A stretch of DNA of 63,506 bases, the filler included, from Sluysia triapertura (taxonomy: Eukaryota): the NCBI GenBank assembly GCA_046118255.1. It is 5 parts of 5 records of this genome, joined end to end, with 100 filler letters (N's around TTAATTAATTAA, not from the genome) between each part and the next. Parts side by side here need not be neighbours in the genome. Positions count along the whole stretch, not along the records: positions 1 to 15,517 come from JBJNIA010226127.1; 4 more parts are not named here. The stretch is one strand, 5' to 3'. The notes below the pieces were generated by a model. The model searched no databases. It was given only the letters and a program-made list of their open reading frames with translations, and was not told the DNA's origin. Positions 1 through 14,287 of the stretch are shown here, in pieces. The position numbers and the translations under genes are program-made. The stretch's first letter is position 1. Each line of letters begins with the position of its first letter.

Positions 1-54
1 TTTCAAATCACAATTTAAACTCTTAAATCACTATTATATGTGATGTCCATTTAG

Positions 55-150
55 GTTGCACGACAATATCATTGGGAAAATTTTCTGGATAAAAACAAAT
101 CTTTTCTTGATCATATTGAATACAAATTTCAACCAATCAAAGACGACAAA
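55..150 (+). CDS. FCHSD/Nervous wreck-like F-BAR protein, internal exon (gene starts before the window)
   Basis: AG at 53-54, GTAATT at 151; 96 nt, phase 0/0. VARQYHWENFLDKNKSFLDHIEYKFQPIKDDK resembles FCHSD2 VVRDYNLQLFLQENAVFHKPQPFQFQPCDSD. Confidence 0.8.
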
Positions 151-1746
151 GTAATTTCATATTTATCTTTACGAATTCGCTTAATAAAATTATAATGTGT
201 TTATGAAATTAAAAAATGGAACTATTTACAAAGTTATTTTTTGATTTTTATTTTAAAAATCTCTTTAAAAAATATCTTTACTAATCACTTTTTTAATTTC
301 CTGAAAAGTTAAAACGTAAAATAAATCAGCATTTGAAAATTAAGCATGTACTCTAAGTAAAATATATGGTATTATCGTATTTGTAATAGAATATTCATTT
401 CTAAACAATAAAAATTATCGACCAATTATACTAACAAAATACTATGAAAAGTTCGTTAAAATATATAATTAAAATAGTCATTTATTTTGAAATATTTTAT
501 TATTTAAATATTCCGTTTTATAAGAAATTTTAAAACTGTCATATTATAATTTTTCTAATGTTTCTAAACGAATATAGTTTTGACACCCTAAAGAATTGTT
601 TCATATAAACATTTAAATAACCTTGGACTAACGATTCTTACTGCAGACTGACGTAATCAAAGCAAAATAATTTAATAATTTTCTTCGTCCTTTTATTATA
701 ATTAACGTGGCAACACATTTCTAAAACTCGACAATGATAAAAGTCTTCATGTTTAGGAAATATACTTCTAATTAAAGGAATGTGACCGAAACGTAAGATT
801 AAATTATAAAAATAAACGATTACACGTAGGGAAATTACATCAAAATTACAAACACACTTCATCACATACGAACATTTCTTACATAAACAGAACATTAAAC
901 AAACTACTTGACTCATTCAAAAACAAACATAGTCATTGTACATAATTATCATGAGTTATAGTTATTGTTATCATAAATTCCATTGTAATAATAATAATAA
1001 TAATTGTAATAATTTCACATAATAATCCTTATAATAATATAACAATACCATCAACATCATCATATTAAAATGCATAATAATTCTATGATTGTTATTATGA
1101 TTTCTGTTGTTTTTACAGCTAATCTTTTTACTCTTTTGTTTGTATGAATTTGTATTTACTAATGCTATTTTTAATTTATTAGATTATAAATTAACTGTTT
1201 ACTATAATGAAACAGTATTCTAATGATTGTAGTATTAGAATACTGAAATTTAATAGTTATGAAGTCCCTAGGATAAAATTATTAATTGGTGGAATGGTAG
1301 TAAAGTGCAAAACCGTCTTATTGCACTCTGGAACAGAACTTCTGGTGATTGCTTGTTGGATTCGGTTTTACAAGCTAGTTGGGCTTGTGGGTTTATTAAA
1401 TAAGTGCAATCATGATCTAATATATTACTTTTGTTTAAAATTTCAATTAAATTAAAATTAAAATCCTTAACAAATATTTTAACAAAAACATGGATATAAC
1501 AATTAAAACATCTATTAAAAAAATTTTGATCAAAAATTTTATCATAAATTTATTTATTTCTTTATTTGAATACGCCATTGGATCAACCCTGCAATTTTTC
1601 CTAAATAAAATAAAATATATGAAATTATGATCGTAAACAAAAATCACAGTAAATAGTTTTTTTACCTTAAAATTGTAATACATCACTGAGTTAGGAGTAT
1701 TGTGAATTCGTTGGTCTTCCACAGGCATTAGATACTTGATTGAATT

Positions 1747-2434
1747 CTATATAAGATTGGATACTAAATTCTTAATGCGTTGATAGTGGTTATCCATATT
1801 CGGTATATAGAAATTTGGTGTTTTTAGCTCGAACAGATTATGTGCATAATTACAATTTCTTCCGAATTTAATACACTCCCCTTGTGGCATGATGAATACA
1901 ATTTTTGTTTGCCGTCGTTGTTTTGGATACATTGTTGATATTACTCAAGACGATCTCCAGTGCTCACCATAAAATCATGAGGCCTCATGAATAGATTTTT
2001 CACATTAAGTGGATCGATAAAGTATATACACTTCTTGCAATGCCAACATAGGATGATGCCATATCATTACACATAGTTTTATAATACGTATAATCAATAG
2101 GTTTAATTATATATTTAGAACTTGTAAAATGAAGAGACATTGCTAGTAAATTACAAATACAAACTTTATCTTTAACACAAAAATGGTTATAAACATGATC
2201 AGACACTATGTCATCTTAAGTTTAGTTTACTAATCGAACATATGTGACATTTCTTATATTCTATATTTCCTTTTGGATACTCTGCAGGCAATTCTGATGG
2301 TAATATCGAGCAGCTCATAGAACGTGATTTAGTAACCTATTTGTTTAAACTAGGCGGATGAGAGACTATTGTTGAAACCCATTATTATCAAAAGTTTCAT
2401 CATCGTTTCCAAATAAACATAATAAATCTGCCAT
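1747..2434 (-). pseudogene. Decayed intronless RING/CCCH zinc-finger gene copy inside an FCHSD intron
   Basis: QTKIVFIMPQGECIKFGRNCNYAHNLFELK is CCCH-like (C-x5-C-x3-H followed by EL). YYKTMCNDM is a CCCH leader. YHQNCLQ...KCHIC looks like a RING remnant. Several stops and frameshifts. Confidence 0.45.
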
Positions 2435-2734
2435 AAGAAAATTTTTTACTTTAATTTGCTGATAAATATTGTTAATACTAAAAATTTTAATTAAGTCACT
2501 TTAATAAGACAGTAACCAGATTGGCTAGCCAATACTCATTAAGTTTATTCTGAAATGTTATAACCGAACATTTAATCTTGTTTAATAAAATGGAACTGTC
2601 ATGCGGTGACAGTCATAAATTAAATTTTCACATAAAACAATCAAAAACATTGTCCCACCTGGCAGTTTGAATGATTGGAGACTAAAAGTAATAATTGACG
2701 ATAATAATAATGTTTACTAATAACGATGATGATG

Positions 2735-2787
<53 letters not shown>

Positions 2788-3134
2788 TAACAATAATAAA
2801 GTGATAAAAATGAAAAATTTGCATAATTTTCTTTACATAAAAGATTTCTCTTTCTTGATAAATTTCTATTAAATAAAATTACATAAAACTACATAAATAA
2901 TAACAATAACAATAAAAGTAAATAATAATAGTGAAATAAATAAAACCGATAATATTATGAAAAATAAAAAGATTTCGAAGCACATAAAATCCTTCCAATT
3001 TCAAACATACTTATCTTAAAATTTTCTCATTATTTTCTTGTAATTTCTATTTCTTAAACTAAATGTTCTTATTAAAATGAAGAATAAAAGTCTGTTGAAG
3101 GAAATATGAACAATATTCTTTTTCTACTTTTTCT

Positions 3135-3740
3135 TTAATTTTGTCGATCAAGTTTATTAAGGAACGGAAGGTAGGTCGTGTAATATTGGGACTTGTAATG
3201 GAGGATTTCAAATTGGGAAATTACACAGCATATCGATACATTTCTCGACCTTATTTGTGGCACAGTGATAACCGCAGACGAACCAACTGCAGAACTTCCT
3301 CTTGATGTCCTCATTGAAACGTTGAATCCAGCCACCGATAAATATAAGGTTTGAAGGAAGTATTTCTGTTTGATACTGCAAAAATCTTCTTGCACAAGCC
3401 ATTCTCAACAATATTTTTTGTAGTGTTTCTGCGCTCCGGAATTAGTGAAACTCTTTAGTGAATAACTGAAGCCCTTAATGTATTTTGCAATTGTATTTCT
3501 AGAATAGCTCTCAAAGTTATGGTTAGTATCTTGATTCGATCCAATGTGATTATCTGGTTTTCATTTAATTTTGGCAACACTCTGCCACCTTTGGACCTAG
3601 CTTTATTTCCCCCAGTTTTAATGTAAGAATCCATAATTGAATAAACCGTTGATAATTTTACATCCATTATACTTGTAATTTCCTTCTTTTTCGTTCCGGA
3701 AATATATGCTTTTATGATATTTTCTTGTACTTCATTGATA
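3135..3740 (-). mobile_element. Degenerate IS630/Tc1-like transposase
   Basis: HTH-like VKLSTVYSIM..KGG; LIFI followed (after a frameshift) by AGFNVSMRTSRG..VPQIRSRNVSICCVIS, matching the FIDExGFN DDE start; YLPFLN resembles YSPFLNPIE. Internally deleted. Confidence 0.7.
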
Positions 3741-4898
3741 ATGGTTTTTTAAACACTTAATATAGGCTAATATACACCTTATAAACTTCAAAAAAGTAGT
3801 GTAAGATTTTTAAAACAATTAAGGGTTAAAACTTTGTATTATCTTCTTGAATATAAACGTATCACAATAATTTAATAGAAAATAAATGTTGTGGGTGATT
3901 GTTGAGAGTGAGTTTTGCTGAGTGTTTTATGGATTAAGACTGTTGGATCTTTTGTATTCCATTGAAAATTTAAGTATCTTTTGTATTTGTCATTATTTGC
4001 ATTATTTGGTATTTAGGGATGATTGTTAAATGATTTGGGTATATTTTCTTTTACTTGGTGTTCTGTAAACATGTAAATCTGAGATGAATTCCTGGTTTAT
4101 ATTGCATTTAAGGCTTTAGATGGTTTAGTGTAATGATGTTAAGTTATTTGAAATTTAAAATGTGTGATTGAATAACGTATTGAATTGCTTAATTGTGGAA
4201 GCTTGGGAATATGGAATGTAAGACCTGAGAAATGTTTAAGGATTATGTCATTTAATGTGGGAATTTTGTTAATTATGTTGTGGGTTAAAATTTTGTTACG
4301 AGCTGAAATGAGCCCCGATATAAGTTTGGTTAATTAATATTTTCAATTAAGTCAATTTCAAAAGATAACAAGAATAATGGACAAAATGAAGTAATAAATC
4401 AAAAAATAAAAAAATATTCTCATAGTCTTTTTTTACAACTAAAAGCTTATTGTCTTTAATTATAATTCGTCTTTATATTTAAATGATTTTAGTTTTCATC
4501 AAATCTGGTGTAAAACATTTTATAAAATAATGTAAGAGGTTAAATCAACCCTAGAAATAATGAAATTTCTGAATAACAAAACGAATGTTATGATTAAAAA
4601 TTAAAAATTTTTGTTTTTCTCTTGAATTATCAACTGAAACTACTCAGTGATGAAAAGAATTCCACAATTTTCCTTTTTATAAAAAATACTTAACAATACT
4701 TTTGAATATACGAATTATATAAATAATAAAACACATCTGAACTTGCTTGTTAAAATTATTGTAAAATTTTCTGAATATTATTACGATTACTAACACCAAA
4801 ATTGTAAAATAAAAGTATGTAACATTTACATCATTAGAAGTATTAAGTTTTGACTATTTAAAATTACAGATTAAATCAATTTTATTTCATTGATTAAG

Positions 4899-5063
4899 GT
4901 TTGCTTGCTGATATCTCCAAATTCGAAAGAAGATACTTTGAGTAATGTTACTAGAAAACTTGTAAAACGCTTGATCGTAAGGGAACACAAGATTTCTGGA
5001 TATGAAAAAGAAATACAATCATTTGAATCGGGCAAAGTAACACCACCACCTTCATCATTTTCA
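4899..5063 (+). CDS. FCHSD/Nwk-like exon (donor at 5036 or 5063, both phase 0)
   Basis: AG at 4897-4898. DTLSNVTRKLVKRLIVREHKISGYEKEIQSFESG resembles FCHSD2 HSLNKEARKWATRVAREHKNIVHQQRVLNDLECHG. Confidence 0.75.
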
Positions 5064-7241
5064 GTAATGAGTCCCAATCCACCAGTATTATTTATAATAC
5101 AATTTTATGAAATTAATTTCAATTTCATTATTGCTTAAAAAATTATAAATTATGGTAAAGTGAGACAAATATTTTATGAAATTTTCAAATGATAATTAAT
5201 GTCCTGGAAGATAATTTTTAAATATTATTTTAATTCCAAATCTTCTGCCAATAGTTATTTATTATTGTTAAGTTTAGTCTGATTTTTTTATAACATTACA
5301 TAATATTTTTTTACTTTTTAAACGTGGTATAAACTACCTACACTTGTGAAACAATATGCCTGCCAATGTGTGCAACTAGACCTTACCGAAAGATAAAAAG
5401 AAAATCAAAATTTTTTTCGTAAAAACATATTTTATGCCTAAACTTAAATAACTAAAAGAATTTTATAAAGTTATGTAAGTTAAGTTTATTATAATAAAAA
5501 CTCATAAGTTGAATGCATAAAATTTAGTCTGACTCGCAGTTTTGGCACAAAATCTTCATTAAGGTATGTTTTTGCAAGAAAGACACTGAATAACATTTTT
5601 CAACAGATTTGCTATTTGAATAATGTTTTCCGCAAACGAGTCACGAGCACTTGTCACATTTATCAGAATAGTTTGGGTCTACTTTTCTTGCAAATTTAAT
5701 AGATTTCTTGAGCAATATTCTTATAGATATTTTGATGTAATTTTATATTTGACTTTCATTTTTTGGACTGCTTCTCTTTTTCTGGAGATGTAGAAATTTT
5801 CCTTATTCTTCTAAGTCATAATATTTATTGGCCTTCAACCTAGGCCTATTTAGTGGAGAAAACGCAACATTGGTTTCTACATTCATTACAAAAACTGTCT
5901 TACTAGTAGAAAGTAAGGCGTCAATATCATTTGTTGTAAGTTTCTGCTTCTCAGGATTTGGATCTATGCGATACATGCGATTACCAGAAAATTTTCATAT
6001 TCTAATGGTTTTAAAGCCTTAGAAATGCTCTGTTAAATATCATCCAGTCACTGGTATTGTAGAAGTATTTAAGAGAATTGAAATAAGCACAACCAAGTAA
6101 GTGAAAAAGTAAGGTCAACTCTGTTTTGACAAGGCCTTTATGACCGGTGTCAATCAAGAATGATTAAATATTGAAAATATTTATTGATTTCAGTAAATGA
6201 ATTTTACAAATATTTCATCATCTTTCCAACTTAACCTACATTCATCTTTAGACTGAAGGTTAGCACCTTCTATAAGTGAATCTCATAAGACTGACCTAGA
6301 ATTGAGTAGATAACTATAACTAATTCTCCAGTAATTTTGCCTATTTTCTTTGTACATTCGGAATATATAATTTTACTTTGTTACACCGACATCATCCATG
6401 TTCTATATGTTCCGTAAGAAAATTTATATGATTATTCAGTTCGTATTTTATGTATTTTAGCTGGTATAGTTTCTTAAAAAATTATTAAAAAATTATTGTT
6501 TTGGCAATAGCATTTGAAAAATTGGTTCTTTTCTTTTTTTAAAGATTAATTATTATTAACAATATAATAATAATAATAATAATGTAAAATTTAGCTTTGT
6601 AAATAAAATTTCTTCTAAAATCTAGTGAGACTTTTTTAGTCAATGATTAAATCTTTAAAAATCTTTAATAGTAGGGTGCAATGTATATAAATTTTAATTT
6701 CATATTGTTTCTATTAAATATTACTTTAAAACGATTATTTATACAAATTTAATATAAATTTGACTGTTATTTGTTACTAAATTTTGAATTAATATTAACT
6801 GTATAAAATCTCATTTTAAATGGATACTAAAGCATTATAATCTTTTGAGCATTATCCTTTTAAAATTATTTTAAGATGAAACATTATTGAAANNNNNNNN
6901 NNNNNNNNNNNNNNNNNNNNNNNNNNNNNNNNNNNNNNNNNNNNNNNNNNNNNNNNNNNNNNNNNNNNNNNNNNNNNNNNNNNNNNNNNNNNNNNNNNNN
7001 NNNNNNNNNNNNNNNNNNNNNNNNNNNNNNNNAATGATATTAAAAAACAATTAAAATTTAACAAAAGATTATTAAAATATCCATTATAATTTTTAAAAAC
7101 ATTAGACCTAAAATTTAAATTGCGAATTTATTCTATTTCGTAAAATTTAAAATTTAATAATTAATTCTTGCAATACTAATTATAATTGTAATTACATTTA
7201 TCATATTGATTGATTAATTTTAAAATTATTTAAAATTTTAG

Positions 7242-7337
7242 GATAGTGATATAGGTGTTGAAGATCTTGTTTCTTATAATCAAGAATATGTGGAACATAA
7301 AGTAGAAGAATTAAAGTTTGCAATTCGAAAAGAAAAA
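7242..7337 (+). CDS. FCHSD/Nwk-like exon (coiled coil after the F-BAR)
   Basis: TTTTAG acceptor, GTAAGT donor; 96 nt. DSDIGVEDLVSYNQEYVEHKVEELKFAIRKEK resembles LEQKIDEARENIRKAE. Confidence 0.8.
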
Positions 7338-7478
7338 GTAAGTTCATAGTATTATTAAATCTAAAATAATTTTATATTAATATTTGCCAGTTTTTCGCAG
7401 TTATAAATTTTAAGTTTGACCTTAAATTTAACCCTTAATTTTATAAAATAATATTCAAAATTATAATTTATTTTTCAG

Positions 7479-7530
7479 ATTGAAAAAGTAAAAATTGAAG
7501 CTTGTTTACTCTTATTAAACAAATCTGGAG
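7479..7530 (+). CDS. FCHSD/Nwk-like exon
   Basis: TTTTTCAG acceptor, GT donor; phase 0/1. IEKVKIEACLLLLNKSG resembles IIKLKAEARLDLLKQIG. Confidence 0.8.
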
Positions 7531-10347
7531 GTTACTACATATTTTCTAATCAAGTTTAATTTAATTATTTTTCAAGAAATCTTTTGTTTTATATATTTCA
7601 TGATTTTTCAATATTTTTGATATAGTTTATAATTATTTATAGCTATTTATAATTATCATTATCTCTGTTCAATATTTAAGGCACATCCCATACTATTTTA
7701 AAACAATTTATTTTACTAGTGAAATTTCCATCTATTAATATATTATGTTTTCGACTAAACATGTTTTCAAACATCTTCCTTATTTTTTGAACAATTCTGA
7801 ACTTAATTATACTTTGAAGTTTTTTAATTTTTTCAGTATTAACTTTTAATCTTATTAAAGTTTGACTTTAAAACATCTTCGCTGTAAATTTTCTCTTTAT
7901 TTTATTCGCTTTTATACTTTAGTTATTATATTAATTATTTTTTTAATTTTTAAAATCTTCAGACGTTACACAAATAAATAAACCATTCAAAACTTTATTG
8001 GATATTTGCGTCAACCATCTAAATATGCATGTAGTATCATATAACAACTTTCAAGCTTTCTTAATCTTTTACATCGTTTTACACCTAATTCGGAACCTTT
8101 AAATATTAAAATTATTTGTTTATATTATTAAATGATTAAAAATACAATTGTAAAATTTAGTTAATGATAAATTATTAATAAATTTAGGTTCTATTTTATT
8201 TCGATTTATTTTGTGCTTTTTGTATCTTTGTTACTTCTCTTTTTTGTTCAAATCATTTCAAAAATTTTTCTATAATGATACTAAACTTTTCTTTGTTATA
8301 TTTTTATTATTTACATGTTAACTTATCTGGATGCTTAAGTCAATATTCTCTCTGATGTAAAAGATGTAAGTCCAAAACTTATAAGTAATATCTTATGATA
8401 TCCAATCTTATCTTTCAAGCCCCAATAACGAATTTAAACATTAAGAAATTTTATTAAAGACAAGACTATGATAAAACTAAATTATAAATGATAAAAAACA
8501 CTACTTGTACCATTGGTAAGTAATTTTAAGGAGCATTCTTTATGGTACATAAATTTTAGTAATTTATTTTATTTTAACGTTAGTAACTTGTTTATTCTAT
8601 TTTAATATTAAAATTTTATACTTGCTTTTTATGGTTTTAATTTAACATAAGTTAAACGTTACAGTCAAAGATTACTCACTATTAATACAGATTCTCTAAG
8701 TTCGAAAATGTAACATTCGCTTTAAAATGTTACAGACTTTACGAGGATAAAGTGTTTGATATAAACGGTTCAATAATTTTACGAAGATATTAGATATAAA
8801 TTGTCTAAGATATTGATAAATTTCAATATTTAAATTCTGCTTTTTGCAGTAAAATCACTTGCTCATATAGTAGGTTTTCTAGTTAATTTTTTCCTATACT
8901 GAATTCAAATTATTCAGTCAATTAATTTTATTTTTAGATTATACAGACTATTATATACATAGTTATTAAAATTTATTTAGACTCATTATATTACACTATT
9001 TAATATAAATATAAATTTTTTAAAAACTGTTGCAGTATAATTTATTTAGACACTTATTGTAGAAGTTTCTTTAAAATTTTGTGTTAGGTTTTTTTGGCCT
9101 TTAAATTACTTTTGAACTTTCGTAAAATTTAAATGTGTTTGAATACTGCTTAATATTTTATATACTCGAAATGGACGTGTATCCTATAATTATAATCTAA
9201 ATTCCTCTCTAATTAATGAGCTAAGTTTCTTTAATAGTATTCTTACTCTTCTATTATTTCAGCTAAACTTAAATACATCTTTTAATTTTCTTAAACTTAT
9301 ATTAATTAATTAGATAAATTGTCTGGAAGTATGAGTTAATATACTCGTCCTTCTTGTTCAGGATAGAAGTGCTTAATTATCTAATTAAACTCTTGATACT
9401 AAATACTAATGACAAATTTCTATAATTATGGTTAATGTTAATGGAGTTTCACCTTATGGCTCTATTTTCAACAAATGAAGTTTATCAACAAATAATAAAA
9501 CAACAAAGCACAATGAATTTTATTTTAGCTCAATTTTATGTTTTTATTTTACAAAAATTTATAAAATAACGGTTACAACATATAGTAGACAAACCTGGTG
9601 TATCAATTAAAAAATATTTTTTTTGTGGCCACGTGTTCCAATTTCTCTTCACTTTTAACTGAGTTATTAACCGCTTGTTACACCGTATTTATACTTTGTA
9701 ATCAAAACAGTCAATATAAATCAAAATTTAATTCCATATAATTTCAGTTATACAAATAACTAATACTATTTACTAACATTTTATATTGTAACCAATAAAT
9801 TTTATAATATTTTTCATTTAGTATACAAAATTAATTTAGTCAATTTGATTTTATAATTAATATTTACATTAATTATAAAAATACATTAAAATTAAAAATT
9901 TAAATTATTGAAAAATAAATTAATAATTAAATTTAATTTTTTGTTGATTAGACAATATTTGTTGATTTGTTATTTGTAACTTTTTATATATTAAAAATAT
10001 CAATTTGTCTTTTAATGTCGTTTTAAGTTAATTGTAAATTTCATATTATATTACTTGTACATACATTTAATTTATTGAAAATAGTAATTTACACAATGAT
10101 AAAATTATTTTTAAAAGTTATTTTTTTCTTTTGTTTTAAGGTTATTTTTAACCTTAGGTTGCAAATTTTAAAATTTCAAAAATCTGGTATCGAAAGTTTA
10201 TAAATTTAAAGCACGATTGTACATAAAAATATAAATGAAGATATGAAAAGTGTGATATATTATGATTTATAATTAGTTTATTAACTAAAGAACAAACTTC
10301 GTCTTTTCTAGGAATATTTTTACAAGAACTTTGATAGATTTGAGAAA

Positions 10348-10723
10348 ATGTTAAGGTAACAAAATTTTCAACGAGAAAACGTTTAAATCCGAATTATATA
10401 TTTTTGGCAATGAGTTATCGGAAAAGAGGCATTCAGATATTGAAGTACAAGCAACACTAAAAAATACGAATTCATTATTAGTGTTACAAAACACAGTGTG
10501 AAATGAAAAAGCACGTCGAGTTAAACAATTAACAGCAATTTTACAATTGAGATACAATTTAAATATTTTCTGTAAGAATTGTTATGCAAAGGTTTGAGTG
10601 AAGTTGCACATGCAGAATCGTTAAAATATAAATTACTTGGTGATGTAAGAAAAGCAATTTATGATGTGTTGAGGCTTACTACGAGAAGTGACGCTTCAAG
10701 TTGAAGTAGTTGCTTCAAGAATT
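10348..10723 (+). pseudogene. RPS3: 40S ribosomal protein S3 (uS3) processed pseudogene, 5' part
   Basis: FKSELYIFGNELSEKRHSDIEV, NEKARRVKQLTAILQLRY, GLSEVAHAESLKYKLLGDVRKAIYDVLR and EVVAS match uS3 [71 protein letters not shown] and EVVVS. In-frame TGA and frameshifts; no introns. Confidence 0.8.
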
Positions 10724-11624
10724 TTAAATGAGCTAAAATTATTTTTGAATTTTTTTGCTTATCTATAAAATTTTGTTTATAATTATTCTATTTTTATCGT
10801 AATAAGTTGTATTCTCTTTTGATTTTCTGGGAACGACCTACATCAGCTATAATAATTTCTACTAATTGAAAAAATTAGTTATTGATTAAAATTATTTATA
10901 TTTGCTATTTTTACGATGAATTATTTTCTTTGTACAAACTTGTTATATTGCTGACACTAAACATTTTATTAATATTTTATAATAAAACTATAAAGAAAAA
11001 ATTTTAAATTTGTCATGTTCAATTTTATAATAACAATAAAGTCAATAAAAATGATTAACTTAATTGTAAAAGCAATATAATGTCCATTTCCACATTTTTG
11101 AATTGATAACTGGATTAATTCTAGGATGTAACATCCATAGGAAAATGAATAATGGCACCAGGCCATATTACAAAATGTTATTTTGAACACAAATAAATTC
11201 ACATAATTTATGTAAGTATTCACAAAAAACTGGACAACGACAGACGTTATATTATAACGAATTTGATTTTTAACACGATTAACAGTAAACACGAATCAGA
11301 AAATATTCGGAATCCGAAAAGTGGCATATATTTGTCATACTCATTATTACAAAGTTAAATCTGCTATTTTGGTAATCTAAGTTCAAGCTCGTTTGGTACA
11401 AAGCTTATTATCATTTGATAAAAACAAACAGTAAGCTTAATTCCTGATTTCCATAAGATCCATTTTTGTTCTTTAACGAGTTAACATAAGTTTTTATTGT
11501 GTAAGTTTCTTGTCTAAAATATTTAATAAAATTTTTATTAGCGTAACGCTACGAATAAAATCTCCACTTAAAATTCAAATTCAGATATTAAGTCATACTT
11601 AATTTCCTAAAGTTCGTACATATA

Positions 11625-13076
11625 CAGTAATTCCCCTATAACACGGTAGATTGGTTCCGCGTTGTAGGAGTATTCTTGTGTAACGAGTTCGTATGACCCC
11701 ATATAACGCGTTATATACAAAAGATTCACGTTTAACTTTTCTCGTTAAAGGGGCTTTAAATCGAATATTAAGGAAAACTATGTTATGAACGAAATATGTG
11801 CTTTTTATTAAAATCAAAATGAGAACATTTTAAATATGTAACTAAAAAGCAGTTAATTTCAAATAAATTACATAATTCCAAAAACAGTTTTATTACTTTT
11901 TTATTCGCTGTCGGAGTTATCTGAAATAACGTTCCACTGACATCTTTTTTTAATAGAATGTTCAAAGGTTTCACCATTTGAATTTTTGTTATTTTCTTTA
12001 CTTAAGAGCTCGTCTGTATTAATTAAAATTTCACTATCTAATGATTCTTCGTTTTCTATTTTGTTTTTTCTGCATTGTTACATATGGTGCAAGACAGTAT
12101 TGAAAATTTATTGTTTGCCCTCCAGTAAACGGGAAGTGTATTCTTATCAATACCTTTCATTGCACGTGGGTTAAAGAAACGATTGATTAACATTGCCTTT
12201 GTTATATGGTCACCAGATGCATTACTACAAAGAAGCAAGGTTATCATCTCCTTAGATGCCTTAAACCCACCAGCAGATCTCTCGTTTTTCGATAAATATG
12301 TTCGCTTCCAATATAAGCCAGTTTCGTCGGCATTATAAACTTGGTCAGCTATATCCACCTTCATCAATGATCTTCGGATGATTTCTTTAAATTTCCGAGC
12401 ACTTTCATAATCAGCTGAAGTACGCTCTCCTTGAATTTGAATATTATGTAAGTAAAACCTTTTTCGAAACCTTTCAAACCAGCCATTACTACTGACAAAT
12501 TTAGGTTTTGGCTCGTCGGAAGAAACAGTTTACAATTCCTTTAAATATTAAACAACTATTTATAGGAATATTATTATGATTGCAATCTTCTATCCAAATC
12601 ATCAAACATTTTTCTGTTTTTGGTGTTAACCAATCATTTACACGTGAAGATTTACTTAAGGTCTCAACGATCTAGACATTACAGCACTCCTAATTTAACT
12701 TTCATTTTGTTTAATTGTTCGTATTGTTGACTCGTTTAGTTCCAGATCCATTGCTATTACTGTTGCTTCCAAAATATCAATTTTTTGTAGAGAAATAAAT
12801 TTCTTTTTTAACTTAGGTTTTGTTTCCTTTCTACCTGTCATGGCTGAGAAATAAATATTTTATTTAAAATAAAAATTATAAAAATAAAAGTTATACACCT
12901 TTTAGTACATATATATATATATATATATATGTATAATCAATATTTTTACAATTCAGAAACTTGGAACACAATTGACACAATATGCACAGGTACCCGCGTT
13001 ATATGGGGTAACACTCGTGTTATACGAGGGACATGAAAACGCGTTATAAGAGTACCGTATTATAGGGAGATTACTG
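11625..13076 (-). mobile_element. Tigger/pogo-like DNA transposon, degenerate
   Basis: Imperfect 24-bp TIRs CAGTAATTCCCCTATAACACGGTA / TACCGTATTATAGGGAGATTACTG with TA on both sides. Transposase VYNADETGLYWK...GFKASKEMITLLLCSNASG (12056..12367); CENP-B-like GWFERFRKR upstream. Confidence 0.92.
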
Positions 13077-14287
13077 TATTGTGTTTTATATATCGATTTG
13101 TTCAGCGTGTTTAATTAGAAATTGAAAAATATAACAGTATTTATATTTTTACTGTACATAATATATATTCATTGAAGTTCATTTTAGTATTTTAAAGACA
13201 TTTAAAGTAAAAGTTGTTTTCAAGTTAACCTACACAAACTATACCCTAAATTATAATTTAACTTTAATATTAAAAGAGAAGATCGAGGTTAACCGAAATT
13301 GTGATCGTTAGGATTCAATAAGAATATAAGCAATATAGAGTACATATATCCTCATGTCGATGATAATTGTATATTATTAAGACAAAAAGAATAAACAGCA
13401 GAAAATATAATAATAGCTTTAGAGATTTTAAAGAGATAAGGATAGTAATAGATCCTGAGGATGCAGATCCTCGATACAATTACTTGCCAACTTACCCTAA
13501 CGACACTAGAAAATACTATTGAGGTACGTATCATAATGTTGTTAGCCATCTACTATAAAAATATTTTGCAAGTGTATATTTGAAATAAGTAAATTATTAC
13601 TCAATAATTCAAGATCAACAAACTCAAGAAAAACTTGAAATTTCGAAAATCGAAAAGAAAACAATTCATAAATATATTCAAATAATAAAAGAAAAATAAA
13701 AAGGACTTAACATTTAATTAGTCAAGAAAGGAGTTTCAAAAAGTGAACAAAAACCATGAAAGTGAAAAAACATAAACATAAGCGTTACAGCGTAAAATTT
13801 ACTGAAGATTTGCGGATAATTTATCGAAAATTTGAGGAGAATTTATTGGTCAAGTAAGTGCAATATCCTAGAATTAAATTAAAATTTTAAAATCACCGCA
13901 ATACACTTTTTAAGTTTGGTATTTTTTAATTTTGTGTAGTAACCAAATTGTAATAAAACTTTTGGAATAGATTTCGTTTAATTTTCGTTAATCATTTATT
14001 TTCACTTCCATCTCATACATCAGAAACGATTTAGAACTACGATTTTTAAAATAGAGACTGTTTATATTAAGGCCTTAAAGTCATTAAATATCATTAAATA
14101 TTCAATATTAAAATATCGAGGCAGTTTTAGGAATTAAATCTGAATTATTTTAAGAGAATTAAAAGCAAAAAGTTTATTTGCTTAAAGTTTACAAATAAGA
14201 GTTACTAATCTTTGCTAAAGAATGAGTTTAGAGTCATAAGTTTAACTGACAAGTTTTTCATTTTAATTAATAAATTATACATCAAAC

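Noticed and set aside
638-916. Cys-rich 92-aa ORF antisense in an FCHSD intron
   Set aside because: No recognisable zinc-finger spacing or supporting splice or homology evidence.
10969-11480. GPCR-like TM7 (INPVIN) on the minus strand
   Set aside because: One weak motif in AT-rich DNA, with no consistent multi-TM frame.
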